From: Terriglobia bacterium
Lineage (GTDB): Bacteria; Acidobacteriota; Terriglobia; Bryobacterales; UBA6623
NCBI GenBank assembly: GCA_009841225.1
Contig: VXMF01000036.1
Span: forward strand, 7,825 to 71,824
Direction of reading: 5' to 3'
Length of the DNA: 64,000 nt
This document shows, piece after piece, positions 9,016 through 19,623 of the stretch; the first letter of the stretch is position 1, and the number at the start of each line of letters is the position of its first letter. The translations under genes and the position numbers were made by a program. Below the pieces are notes generated by a model. The model did no database searches. It was given only the letters and a program-made list of their open reading frames with translations, and had not been told where the DNA came from.

Positions 9016-9444
9016 CTAGAGGCGAGTTCCTCTGCAAGCTGGAACGTCAGTTGCCGGAATGTGGCGGCCTTGTACGCGCATTCCACTAGGCCCTGGGGTC
9101 AGCTCTCGGCAGCGTGAGCTGGCCGAGGCTTGCTGCCCGGTGCGCTTCTCTCGAACAGAGCAACCTCGATCTCTGCGGCCCGCGCGCGCTAGGGCGATGT
9201 CGTAGCTGTTCTGCATCCTCATGAGCGTGTCCATCGATACGCCGAACGCCTTCTCGATCCGCAACGCCATTTCCGGCGAGAGGCGCGCACGCTCATTCAG
9301 AACCGCCGACAGCGCGGCCCGTGTGACACCCAGCACGCGAGCCGCCGCCGTCACCGAGAGATCGAGAACCTCGATGATTTCGTGCCTGACGAACCCGCCG
9401 GGATGGGCGGGTTTCTTCATACGGATGCCTTGTGCCGAGTTCAT
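9016..9444 (-). CDS. higA: HigA-family antitoxin (HTH), with unusual C-terminal tail
   Basis: HPGGFVRHEIIEVLDLSVTAAARVLGVTRAALSAVLNERARLSPEMALRIEKAFGVSMDTLMRMQNSYD is a canonical HigA/VapI HTH core. About 45 Arg/Ser-rich residues follow the core (see findings). Confidence 0.85.
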   Translation of the reverse strand: MNSAQGIRMKKPAHPGGFVRHEIIEVLDLSVTAAARVLGVTRAALSAVLNERARLSPEMALRIEKAFGVSMDTLMRMQNSYDIALARAGRRDRGCSVREKRTGQQASASSRCRELTPGPSGMRVQGRHIPATDVPACRGTRL

Positions 9445-9453
9445 GTCTGCCCC

Positions 9454-9747
9454 TCAGTGGTAATCCTCATAGTTGAGATCGAAAATCTCCGTCTCTTCGC
9501 GGTCGATCCGGAACGTGAGTCGCCAGTTTGCGGTGACGGACCAGCTCCAAGTGTCCCTGCGATCGCCGGTCAGCCTGTGCGCCCGCCAGCTTGGTAGGCT
9601 GCGCAGTTCTTCCTCCCGTTCCATGTCTTCGAGAAAGGAGACGATGCGGCGAAGCGTCGGCGCGATGGTGGGCTGCATACGAGCGGAACTATCGTCTTGG
9701 ATAAACCCGCGCCCCCTGTGAACCACGTTCCTGATCTTCATTCTCAA
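9454..9747 (-). CDS. higB: HigB-family (RelE/ParE superfamily) toxin
   Basis: 97 aa, with the toxin upstream of the antitoxin (the reversed order typical of higBA). The C-terminus RAHRLTGDRRDTWSWSVTANWRLTFRIDREE..DLNYEDYH is typical of plasmid-maintenance killer HigB. Confidence 0.8.
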   Translation of the reverse strand: MRMKIRNVVHRGRGFIQDDSSARMQPTIAPTLRRIVSFLEDMEREEELRSLPSWRAHRLTGDRRDTWSWSVTANWRLTFRIDREETEIFDLNYEDYH

Positions 9748-10028
9748 CGGTATTCCGGAGAGTGAATAGCGTCAAGCTGCACTTGCCACTGTGGGGGTAC
9801 CCGCACGTTTGCGCGTGTCCCGGCGCCAGTTGCCCTTCCAGGCAGTAGGAGTTCCGGACTGCGGCCACCTTGGCTGGTATCGGACACGGGATGGGCATAG
9901 CGCGGCGTCGTCTGCGCCTAGGCACGGTCGACCATCTTGCTGCAAATTCTCTGCTTAGCCTTGCGGGCCGCCACGGTCCCGCGTCGGCAGTACGCCCCAC
10001 CGCCCACCTACAATAGTGGCGATTCAAC

Positions 10029-12722
10029 ATGTCCCTACTACCCCGCTTGCCCATGACTGTCGGCATGCTGCTTACTATGGCCGGCACATGCCAGTTCTTG
10101 TGCGCCGCCGAGCTGCCGAACCCTGTTGATCGCAAGATCGACTTCATGCGCGACGTCGACCCGATCTTCGTCCAGCACTGCTATGCCTGCCATGGTGACG
10201 ATGCCGCGATGAACGGCTACAGTCTGTGGCGGAAGAAGTCCGCTGCGCGCGGAGGATACTCCGGACAGCCCGGCTTCATCGCAGGCGATAGCGCGAACAG
10301 CCGCCTGATCCACTTGGTTGCGGGCTTGGAAGAGAATCTGATCATGCCGCCGGCCGGCGGCCCTCTGACTGACGAACAGATCGGCATCCTGCGCGCCTGG
10401 ATCGACCAAGGCGCGCCGTTCGCCAGTACGCGGTTCGACGACAGCACCAAGCGCGAAGAACAGCCTTGGGTGCATATGGACTACGGCCCCGTGATCTCGG
10501 CCAGCGTAACGGTGAAAGAGCCCGAAGATCCCCGAGCGGACAAGCGGCCAGGCGACAACATCAGCTACAAGTCCCACGCCATCATGCTCCAGGCTGAGCG
10601 TCGTGCCGGGGTCATCTTTGACACCGAGCTGCTGCGCATGTCGGCCGGCTGGAACGGCCCGCAATACGTATTGACGGGCACGGTCTATGACTGGAGACAC
10701 GGGCCGCACCCGCACTTGGACGGCAAGCCTGTGTTCGAGACCCCGGTCGCCCCGGGCTGGGCTCGTGATGGCAGCTTCGCCGATCCCCGCCCCGAAGGAT
10801 TTGGTCCGCTGCCGGCGGATTGGGCTAGGTACAAGGGGCGCTACATGTTCGGCGACAAGGTGGTACTCGAGTACAGCGTGGGCGATGCCAACGTACTCGA
10901 AATGCCAGGCCTCGAAACCGATTGGGGAGTCGAGGCACTGACTCGGACCATCGAAATCGGCGCCACGCGCGAAGCTCTCTTGCTAGAAGTGGCTGCCGTG
11001 CAGGGTGGGCAGGTCCGTCAGCTCTCGCTCAAGAACCTCAACCAAGGCAACGGGCCGGCGATTGAACACCTTGTGTATCTCGGCGGCGATGAGGGCACGG
11101 CTGTCGGTGTTGCCGGGCTGGGCAAGAAGGCCAGATGGGACCTGTCGGCGGCAGGCGAAGTGCGCTTGAGCATTCCTCGGTCTGGCGAGGAACAGCGGTT
11201 CACCCTCTACTACGCCGATGTGCGCTCCCAGCGCCTAGGCGCGTTCGCCGGTGCGTTGCGGCAGGCCCCGCGGCCCGAGCGGCTTGAGCCCTATACCCGG
11301 GGCGGGCCGCGAACCTACCGCAGGCCGGTCGAAACGCAAGGACGCCTTGGCGATGCCGGCGGCGCGTGGACTGTGGACGAGATCACGCTGCCCTTCGACA
11401 ACCCCTGGCAATCGTGGTTCCGGCCCACCGACTTCGCCTTCTTCGATGATGATCGAGCGGCCGTCGCAACATGGTCGGGCGACGTTTGGATCGTCGATGG
11501 TGTCGACGAAGACTTGGACAAGCTCACTTGGAGTCGCTACGCGGTCGGTTTCCACATGCCTCAAGGCTTGGAAGTTGTGGACGGCAAGGTGTATGTCTTG
11601 GATCGCGACCAGATCACGGTCCTGCACGATTTGAACCGGGACGGCCAAGCCGACTATTACGAGAACTTCAACAACGAATTTCACGTCACGCATCATTTCC
11701 ATGAGTTCACCTTCGATCTCGACCGGGACAGCGCTGGCAACTTCTACTTCGCGAAAGCCGCCCGTCACGCCTTGCCCGCCAAGGTGAAGCACCACGGGGT
11801 CATCTTCAAGATGGACCCTGACGGCAAGAACCTGGAGGTTGTCTGCACGGGATTCCGCGTGCCCAACGGAGTCGCCGTCGGACCGAACGGAGAGATCACC
11901 ACCTCTGACCAAGAGGGCCACTGGATTCCTTCCACGCGCGTGAACCTCTGTTCGCCGGGCAGTTTCCATGGCTACATGTGGGGCGGCAGTATCGGCGACC
12001 GGACAACGTATGACAATCCGATCACCTGGCTTCCGATCTCTGTAGATAACTCGGGCGCTGGCCAAGCGTGGATCGGGACCGACAAGTGGGGGCCCTTCAA
12101 GGGGCACTTGGTGCATTCGTCGTTCGGGCGGGGCAAGATCTTTCTGGTGCTGATGGAGAACACCGGCGATGGAGTGCAGGGCGGTGCCGTGGAACTGCCT
12201 GTTGATTTCGATTCCGGCCTCATGCGGCCGGACTTCCGCCAGGCAGATGGCAACCTCTACCTAGTGGGCCTGTATGGCTGGGGCACCAAGCGCAAGGCCG
12301 TAGGCGGCTTCTATCGTGCGCGATTCACAGGCGGCAAGGTGCTGGTCCCCAGCGAATTGCATGTCAGCAAGAAGGGCATTGATGTGTCCTTCTTGCACGA
12401 GCTGGACCCGGCAAGCGCCGAAGATCCCGCCAACTACAGCGCAAAGCGCTGGAATTACAAGTGGCTCAGCCGCTACGGCTCTGATCGTTGGAAGCTGAAC
12501 GGCGACCAAGGAGTCGAAGAGATGACGGTGCGATCCGCCACGCTCCTGCCCGATCGCAAGACCATCCGGATTGTTGTGGACGATCTCAGGCCGGTCATGC
12601 AGATGATGACCAACATCAGCATCCAGACGGCTGCCGGCGATCGCATCGACACCGAAATCAGCCACTCGATTCATGCCCTCGTTGACGAGCCCGGCACGCC
12701 GTTCGTGGCGAAGTATGACTAG
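10029..12722 (+). CDS. Secreted PSCyt1 (planctomycete-type cytochrome c, CxxCH) domain protein fused to a beta-propeller (membrane-bound dehydrogenase-like) region
   Basis: It has a signal peptide. FVQHCYACHG...LIMPPAGGPLTDEQIGILRAWIDQGAPF matches the PSCyt1 domain with a single CxxCH. The C-terminal two thirds has repeated beta-strand-rich modules (GDVWIVDG, GKVYVLDRDQITVLHDLNRDGQADYY, GVIFKMDPDGKNLEVV..GFRVPNGVAVGPNGEI). Confidence 0.75.
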   Translation: MSLLPRLPMTVGMLLTMAGTCQFLCAAELPNPVDRKIDFMRDVDPIFVQHCYACHGDDAAMNGYSLWRKKSAARGGYSGQPGFIAGDSANSRLIHLVAGLEENLIMPPAGGPLTDEQIGILRAWIDQGAPFASTRFDDSTKREEQPWVHMDYGPVISASVTVKEPEDPRADKRPGDNISYKSHAIMLQAERRAGVIFDTELLRMSAGWNGPQYVLTGTVYDWRHGPHPHLDGKPVFETPVAPGWARDGSFADPRPEGFGPLPADWARYKGRYMFGDKVVLEYSVGDANVLEMPGLETDWGVEALTRTIEIGATREALLLEVAAVQGGQVRQLSLKNLNQGNGPAIEHLVYLGGDEGTAVGVAGLGKKARWDLSAAGEVRLSIPRSGEEQRFTLYYADVRSQRLGAFAGALRQAPRPERLEPYTRGGPRTYRRPVETQGRLGDAGGAWTVDEITLPFDNPWQSWFRPTDFAFFDDDRAAVATWSGDVWIVDGVDEDLDKLTWSRYAVGFHMPQGLEVVDGKVYVLDRDQITVLHDLNRDGQADYYENFNNEFHVTHHFHEFTFDLDRDSAGNFYFAKAARHALPAKVKHHGVIFKMDPDGKNLEVVCTGFRVPNGVAVGPNGEITTSDQEGHWIPSTRVNLCSPGSFHGYMWGGSIGDRTTYDNPITWLPISVDNSGAGQAWIGTDKWGPFKGHLVHSSFGRGKIFLVLMENTGDGVQGGAVELPVDFDSGLMRPDFRQADGNLYLVGLYGWGTKRKAVGGFYRARFTGGKVLVPSELHVSKKGIDVSFLHELDPASAEDPANYSAKRWNYKWLSRYGSDRWKLNGDQGVEEMTVRSATLLPDRKTIRIVVDDLRPVMQMMTNISIQTAAGDRIDTEISHSIHALVDEPGTPFVAKYD

Positions 12723-12904
12723 GCCGCCTCGCCGCAGGTCTTCAGAACGAGCCCGGCAGCAAGCGCAGAGCAGCCCGTCCATATGCGAGGTTGCATGTAG
12801 CGCCCGAGACCCTGATAGAGGCATCTCGAATGATTGCCCGCCGCCTCTTTTCGCCGTGGCCGATGGCCGCGATTCGAGATGATCCCGGTGCTAGACTTGA
12901 TGCG

Positions 12905-13768
12905 ATGAAAATGCGTTCCCTCGCCTGCCTGCTCGCTTTGGCCAGTGTCGCTGCTTTCGCACAGCAGCGCGAATTCAAGCCCGACAAGGAGATCGTCTTC
13001 AAGCAGTTCGAAAAGGATCCGCTGGAGTTGCACGTCTTCCTGCCCGAAGGCTGGAAGTCCAGCGACAGGCGCGCTGCCGCTGTCTTCTTCTTCGGCGGGG
13101 GCTGGGTTGGCGGCACCCCTACGCAGTTCTTCCCGCACAGCCGCTATCTGGCTTCGCGCGGCATGGTCGCCATCAGTGCCCAGTACCGCACGCGGGGCAG
13201 CCATGGCACGACTCCGCGCGACTGTGTCGCGGATGGCAAGTCCGCGGTGCGTTGGGTTCGCAAGCATGCTGCGGAACTGGGCGTCGATCCCAACCGGATC
13301 GCGGCAGGCGGCGGATCCGCCGGCGGCCACGTAGCGGCCACCACCGGGGTGATCGATGGGCTCGAAGAGAAGGGCGAGGACTCGTCGGTTAGCTCCAAGC
13401 CCAACGCACTGCTGCTGTTCAATCCCGTCACGGACCTCGGCAGGTTCGAGCGCTGGGGCGACGATCCTGAGGCGGGCTCGCCGCTACACCACGTCGACGC
13501 GGGCGATCCGCCGACGATCGTCTTCCACGGCAAGGCTGACACGACGGTTGCGTTCGAGACCGCCGCGACATTCTGCGATGCGATGACGGACGCAGGCAAC
13601 CGCTGCGAGCTGGTTGGCTACGAGGGCCGGCCGCATGGATTCTTCAACTACGGCCGCAGCCGTGCCGCGTACACCAGCACGGTCTGGCACATGGACCGTT
13701 TCTTGGCGTCCCTCGGATACGTTGAAGGCCAGCCGATGGTTGGCCGACCGGGCGATCCGACTTGGTAG
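12905..13768 (+). CDS. Secreted alpha/beta hydrolase (esterase/lipase fold)
   Basis: The ATG at 12905 gives the signal peptide MKMRSLACLLALASVAAFAQQ. FFFGGGWVGG is an oxyanion-hole-like motif and GGSAGG is a GxSxG nucleophile elbow. A C-terminal His (RPHGF) is present. Confidence 0.8.
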   Translation: MKMRSLACLLALASVAAFAQQREFKPDKEIVFKQFEKDPLELHVFLPEGWKSSDRRAAAVFFFGGGWVGGTPTQFFPHSRYLASRGMVAISAQYRTRGSHGTTPRDCVADGKSAVRWVRKHAAELGVDPNRIAAGGGSAGGHVAATTGVIDGLEEKGEDSSVSSKPNALLLFNPVTDLGRFERWGDDPEAGSPLHHVDAGDPPTIVFHGKADTTVAFETAATFCDAMTDAGNRCELVGYEGRPHGFFNYGRSRAAYTSTVWHMDRFLASLGYVEGQPMVGRPGDPTW

Positions 13769-13845
13769 CGCCAGCCTTCGAGTTCGCGGAGTGCCGGTTT
13801 GTACCGGCTCGGTTCCTCGGAGTTCGCATCTTGCGGTGGCGGCGA

Positions 13846-15600
13846 ATGATTGCGAAGATGCGCCTGGTCACTCTGCTGCTGCTTCTCGGCGCGGTGGCGA
13901 TGCCGCAGCAGTGGCCGCCCAAGCGTGACATTCCGGCCGGCCCGGCCGACACGCTCTACTACAACGGCAAGATCATCACCATGTGGGCCGAGCGCCCCGT
14001 GGTCGAATCCATGACCGTCGCTTCCGGGCGCGTCTTGGATGTCGGCACGACTCAGATCGTGGGCCGCAAGACCGGGCCTCGAACGCGCCAGGTGAACCTT
14101 CAGGGCAAGACGGTGCTGCCCGGATTGATCGATAGCCATGTCCACCCCATCAACGCAGCCCTGGCTGAAGCGGATGGCGAGATTCCCGTATTGCGGAGTC
14201 TCGATGCCGTGCGCCGGCACATCGAAGCGCAGCCTGCCGGCGAGGGCTTGATCTTCGTCCCGAAGGTGTATTCCACCCGCCTTCGAGAGCGCCGCTATCC
14301 GGATCGCTGGGAGATCGACGCGTATGCCAATGATCGCCCGGTCATGCTCGACAACGGCTATGCCGCGGTTCTGAACTCGGCGGCCCTGAAACTGGCAGGC
14401 GTTTCGGCCGACACTCCGGATCCGACCAATGGAAAGCTGGTGCGGAACGACGCAGGCGAACCGACCGGGCTGATCATCGGAGCGCGCCAGCTCGTGGTGC
14501 CGCTGCTGGAGGCGCGCACCTACAGCCACGGCCAGATGGTCGCTGCATTGGCCGCGATGCAAAGAGCGTACAGCGAGGCTGGACTGACGAGTGTCACCGA
14601 CCGCAGCCAGGCCGCCGCTGGCTTTCGTGCCTATCAGGACCTGTGGCAGAGAGGCAAGTTGCAAGTGCGGACATCGGTCACGCGGGTGGTCAACGCAGAG
14701 CGGCCGGTCGAACAGGTCCTGCGAGAGATCGAGGGGATTGGAGCTGTCACCGGCCACGGCGACGAAATGTTCCGCGTGGGCTCGCTGAAGGTCGTGCTGG
14801 ATGGCGGCATCTTGCTCGGCACGGCCTACATGAGGGCGCCCTACGGCCAGAATACGCAGGTCTATGGGTTCGAGGACGCCGAGTACCGCGGCGAATTGCG
14901 CATCCGTCCCGGCGATCTTGAGCGGATCGTGAAACTGGCCGCTGACCTCGGCTGGCAAATGACCGCCCATGCGACCGGCGGCGGATCCACCGACGTGCTG
15001 CTCGCCACCTATGAAGCGGTCAATCGCGAGGTGCCGATTACGGATCGTCGATTCACCCTCACCCACGCCAACTTTCTCAGCGAGGACGCGATTCGCAAAG
15101 CAGCCGCGTTGGGCGTGGTAGCGGACATGCAGCCCGCCTGGTACCACTTCGACGGGCCGGCGTTGGCCGGCGTGCTCGGGCCTGACCGCATGGGCACCTT
15201 GCAGCCCTATCGCTCGATCATCGACGCGGGTGTCGTCGTTGCCGGCGGTTCGGATCACATGATCAAGTTCGATGCCAAGGAATCCGTCAATCCCTTCGAT
15301 CCGTTCTTTGGCATGTGGATGGCCGTCACGCGCACGACAGCTGACGGTTCAGCGCATAACCCCGAACAGCGAATCACCCGCGAGGAGGCGTTGCGGATGT
15401 GGACGCTCAATGGGGCCTATCTGACGTTCGAGGAAGATGTCAAGGGATCGCTGGAGCCGGGCAAGTACGCCGACTTCGTCGTCGTCGACCGCGACATCTT
15501 GACGTGTGCCGAGGACGCACTGCGAGAGACGCGAGTCTTGGCGACGATCTTGGGCGGTCGCGAGGTCTACTCGACCGGGCAACGGGCCTTGCCCGAGTAA
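13846..15600 (+). CDS. Amidohydrolase family (Amidohydro_3/YtcJ-like) metal-dependent hydrolase, secreted
   Basis: The ATG at 13846 gives the signal peptide MIAKMRLVTLLLLLGAVAM. The HxH metal motif is LPGLIDSHVHP. AHATGGGS and AGGSDH are also present. Confidence 0.85.
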   Translation: MIAKMRLVTLLLLLGAVAMPQQWPPKRDIPAGPADTLYYNGKIITMWAERPVVESMTVASGRVLDVGTTQIVGRKTGPRTRQVNLQGKTVLPGLIDSHVHPINAALAEADGEIPVLRSLDAVRRHIEAQPAGEGLIFVPKVYSTRLRERRYPDRWEIDAYANDRPVMLDNGYAAVLNSAALKLAGVSADTPDPTNGKLVRNDAGEPTGLIIGARQLVVPLLEARTYSHGQMVAALAAMQRAYSEAGLTSVTDRSQAAAGFRAYQDLWQRGKLQVRTSVTRVVNAERPVEQVLREIEGIGAVTGHGDEMFRVGSLKVVLDGGILLGTAYMRAPYGQNTQVYGFEDAEYRGELRIRPGDLERIVKLAADLGWQMTAHATGGGSTDVLLATYEAVNREVPITDRRFTLTHANFLSEDAIRKAAALGVVADMQPAWYHFDGPALAGVLGPDRMGTLQPYRSIIDAGVVVAGGSDHMIKFDAKESVNPFDPFFGMWMAVTRTTADGSAHNPEQRITREEALRMWTLNGAYLTFEEDVKGSLEPGKYADFVVVDRDILTCAEDALRETRVLATILGGREVYSTGQRALPE

Positions 15601-15603
15601 AGG

Positions 15604-17169
<1,566 letters not shown>

Positions 17170-17280
17170 CCACAGCGACGGCGATGCCGGCTTGTTCGGC
17201 TTGCCTGCGTGGGGAGCGGCACGAACGTTCGATGCCGGGCGCGACATCCCCGATTTCCGCCTCCAGTCGGTCGGCGCGAT

Positions 17281-18258
17281 ATGATTGGGGACTTCATCCG
17301 CGCCATGCGCGTCAAGATCCTGCACCATGACCGCTGCTTCGACGGAGCTTGCTCCGCGGCATTGTTCTCGAGCTTCGTCAGGCGCTCGCTCGCTCCGGGT
17401 GCCGAACTGTCTTACGCCGGGCTCTACCACCGCGCCGACCAGTTGTTCAACGAGAGCGACTTCAATGGCGACATCAACGTCATCGTCGATTTCAAGTACT
17501 CCCCCTCCGAGAGGGTGACTTGGTGGTTCGATCACCACCAGAGCGCGTTCTTGTCCGAGGAAGATGCCGAGCACTTCCGCCGCGACCGCTCGGGCACGAA
17601 GTTCTTCGATCCAGGCTACAAGTCCTGCACGAAGTTCATCGCCAACACGCTGTCCGCCAAGTTCGGCTTTGACTGCGGGCACCTGGCGGATCTGATTCAT
17701 TGGGCAGATGTTCTGGACGGGGCCCAGCATCCCAGCGCCAGGGTCGCTGTGGAGATGAAGGAACCCGCGCTGAAGCTAAACCTCATCATCGAGTCCGCCG
17801 AGACCAACATGACGCCTAGCGTCATACCGTTGCTGGAAGCAGAGTCGTTGGAATCCATCGTCGACAGACCCGAGTACAAGCGAGAGTTCGGCAAGCTCTA
17901 CGAGGGGCACATGCAGACGATGGAGACGATCAGCGAGAGAGCGGTTTACCGCGGCGGCGTGGTCTTCTTCGATCTGGTAGGCACTGGGCTCAAGGGCTAC
18001 AACAAGTTCATTCCCTACTACCTCTATCCGCAGAGCGCTTACACGGTTTCGCTGCTTGACGGGGGATTTCGCGCCAAAGTCTCGGTCGGTTCCAATCCAT
18101 GGGCTGCGGTCGAGCCGTCGCACAACTTGGCAGAGCTGTGCGAGCGCTACGGTGGCGGCGGACATCCTCGCGTGGGTGCTATCAGTTTCAAACCGGAGCA
18201 GTTCGGCGAGGCGCGCTCTGCTGCCCTAGAGATCGCCGAGATCCTCTCTTCCAACTGA
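17281..18258 (+). CDS. DHH-superfamily phosphoesterase (DHH/DHHA1-like)
   Basis: ATG at 17281. Motifs are HHDRCFDGACSA (DHH motif I-like), DFKYS, FDHHQS (DHH) and GGGGHPRVGA (DHHA1 GGGH). The upstream part of the 17131 ORF is Arg-rich and unlikely to be coding. Confidence 0.7.
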   Translation: MIGDFIRAMRVKILHHDRCFDGACSAALFSSFVRRSLAPGAELSYAGLYHRADQLFNESDFNGDINVIVDFKYSPSERVTWWFDHHQSAFLSEEDAEHFRRDRSGTKFFDPGYKSCTKFIANTLSAKFGFDCGHLADLIHWADVLDGAQHPSARVAVEMKEPALKLNLIIESAETNMTPSVIPLLEAESLESIVDRPEYKREFGKLYEGHMQTMETISERAVYRGGVVFFDLVGTGLKGYNKFIPYYLYPQSAYTVSLLDGGFRAKVSVGSNPWAAVEPSHNLAELCERYGGGGHPRVGAISFKPEQFGEARSAALEIAEILSSN

Positions 18259-18383
18259 CTCAGCCCCCAGCTCGTCGAGCGACCAGACACGCTCAAGACA
18301 GTTGCTGGCCGCCGTCAGGCGAGCTGCCAAACCCGCGCCGTCCTAACCGCTTGGGCGGATCCGCATTTGAGAACGAGGTGGAA

Positions 18384-18770
18384 CTACCAGAGACGGGCTA
18401 CGCCATAGGAATCGAAGCAGTCCTCGATCGAAATGAGCACAAGGTCGTGCGCCAGAGCCTGTGCGATCAACATCCGATCAAACGGGTCACGATGCGGGCC
18501 GGGCAGCAACCCCGCCCGCGTGGCGTCCTCAACAGTGATCGGCAGCTCGTCAAAGCCCTGATCAGCGATCGTCTCGGGGATAATTCGTGCTACAGCCTCC
18601 GCGGCTGAAAGTCTGCCGAGACGCCACTTGGTGGCGATCTCCCACGCAGACGCGGCGCTGATCAGGATTTCGTTTGCCTCGTCTGAAATCGTTCGTTTGG
18701 CAGATTGCGACAGTTTCTCGCTGCCGTCCAGCCACCACAAGAACGCATGCGTGTCAAGCAGCGTCCGCAC
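18384..18770 (-). CDS. vapC: PIN-domain VapC-family toxin
   Basis: 128 aa. LLDTHAFLWW...ISAASAWEIATK...HRDPFDRMLIAQA carries the PIN acidic residues. It lies 6 nt downstream of the antitoxin gene. Confidence 0.85.
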   Translation of the reverse strand: MRTLLDTHAFLWWLDGSEKLSQSAKRTISDEANEILISAASAWEIATKWRLGRLSAAEAVARIIPETIADQGFDELPITVEDATRAGLLPGPHRDPFDRMLIAQALAHDLVLISIEDCFDSYGVARLW

Positions 18771-18776
18771 GATTCA

Positions 18777-19004
18777 TCACTCCCAAGCAGCTAAGTCGGA
18801 TTCTGGGAGCGGATCGAAGAAAGTCTCGTCGATGCTGATCTTTCCCCGTAGCGCTCCGAATCGCCGTTTGCCACGGTCGCGAAAACGCACGAGTCGCGCT
18901 ACTGGCTTGCCGTTACGGGCGATAACGACCTCTTCGCCAGCCTCAACCTGTACCAACAGCCTTGACAGCTGGGTCTTTGCCTGATGGATGTTCACCATGG
19001 ACAT
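18777..19004 (-). CDS. Phd/YefM-type antitoxin paired with VapC
   Basis: 75 aa. VNIHQAKTQLSRLLVQVEAGEEVVIARNGKPVARLV is the canonical Phd/YefM N-terminal fold sequence. Confidence 0.8.
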   Translation of the reverse strand: MSMVNIHQAKTQLSRLLVQVEAGEEVVIARNGKPVARLVRFRDRGKRRFGALRGKISIDETFFDPLPESDLAAWE

Positions 19005-19086
19005 TGGCGATTTCTCACCTCACGACGTTAGCTAACTATATGACTAATGCCGACTCCCTGTCAAGAGGGTCCCGGTGATCAAGTAG

Positions 19087-19617
19087 TTAGATCTCAGGCC
19101 AGCGGCCACCATAGAGCCGACGCTCGTTCACGCCAGGCGTTTCCACGACGTAGACCCAAGTCACCTCGCAAGCATCGCTGGTCGCGACTGGCACCAGCAC
19201 CCGCCGGTAGAGGCTCGTGTGGCCTGGATTGAAGCCCTCCAACCTGTCGATAGCGGGTAGGCTTGCCTCGGGATCGGAGAAGGAAAACAACTCTCCGTAG
19301 ACGGTGTCCCACGAACCAGTAAGGGCGGATGTGTCGACCGAACGCGAGGACGACCGAACCTGATCCGCAGTACGCAACTGCACGGCGAGATCGTGCATGG
19401 CCCGTCCCGTCCCTTCTGCTAGGATGTCCTCGTCCGGGACTTGGAGGAAAGGGAATCCAGGCCCATCGTAGAGGCGGCCGCGGATCTCGGCTTCTTGGAC
19501 ATCCAAGAGGCCTTGGCAGAAATACTCGTGATTCGCAAACCCGCGCTTGAGCGTGCCGTACACGAAGAGCCTCAGCGCCCCGGACGCCTGTGTCGCGGAG
19601 GGATCGATCGACTGCAT
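19087..19617 (-). CDS. Gamma-glutamylcyclotransferase (GGCT/AIG2-like) family protein
   Basis: LFVYGTLKRGFANHEYF carries the YGTLK(R)G motif. YGELF carries the catalytic Glu context. An insertion of about 40 aa lies between the two halves. Confidence 0.75.
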   Translation of the reverse strand: MQSIDPSATQASGALRLFVYGTLKRGFANHEYFCQGLLDVQEAEIRGRLYDGPGFPFLQVPDEDILAEGTGRAMHDLAVQLRTADQVRSSSRSVDTSALTGSWDTVYGELFSFSDPEASLPAIDRLEGFNPGHTSLYRRVLVPVATSDACEVTWVYVVETPGVNERRLYGGRWPEI

Positions 19618-19623
19618 CGTTTG

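Noticed and set aside
8886-9089. 67-aa plus-strand ORF in the hipB-higA intergenic region as a third small toxin or antitoxin
   Set aside because: It overlaps the candidate hipB operator/promoter region and the 3' end of higA. It has no RBS and no recognisable motif.
13648-15258. 536-aa ORF on the minus strand, opposite the amidohydrolase gene
   Set aside because: It is Arg/Gly/Ala/Pro-rich with no recognisable motifs. It exactly mirrors a plus-strand gene that has clear family motifs (HxH, signal peptide). This is a typical high-GC antisense shadow ORF.
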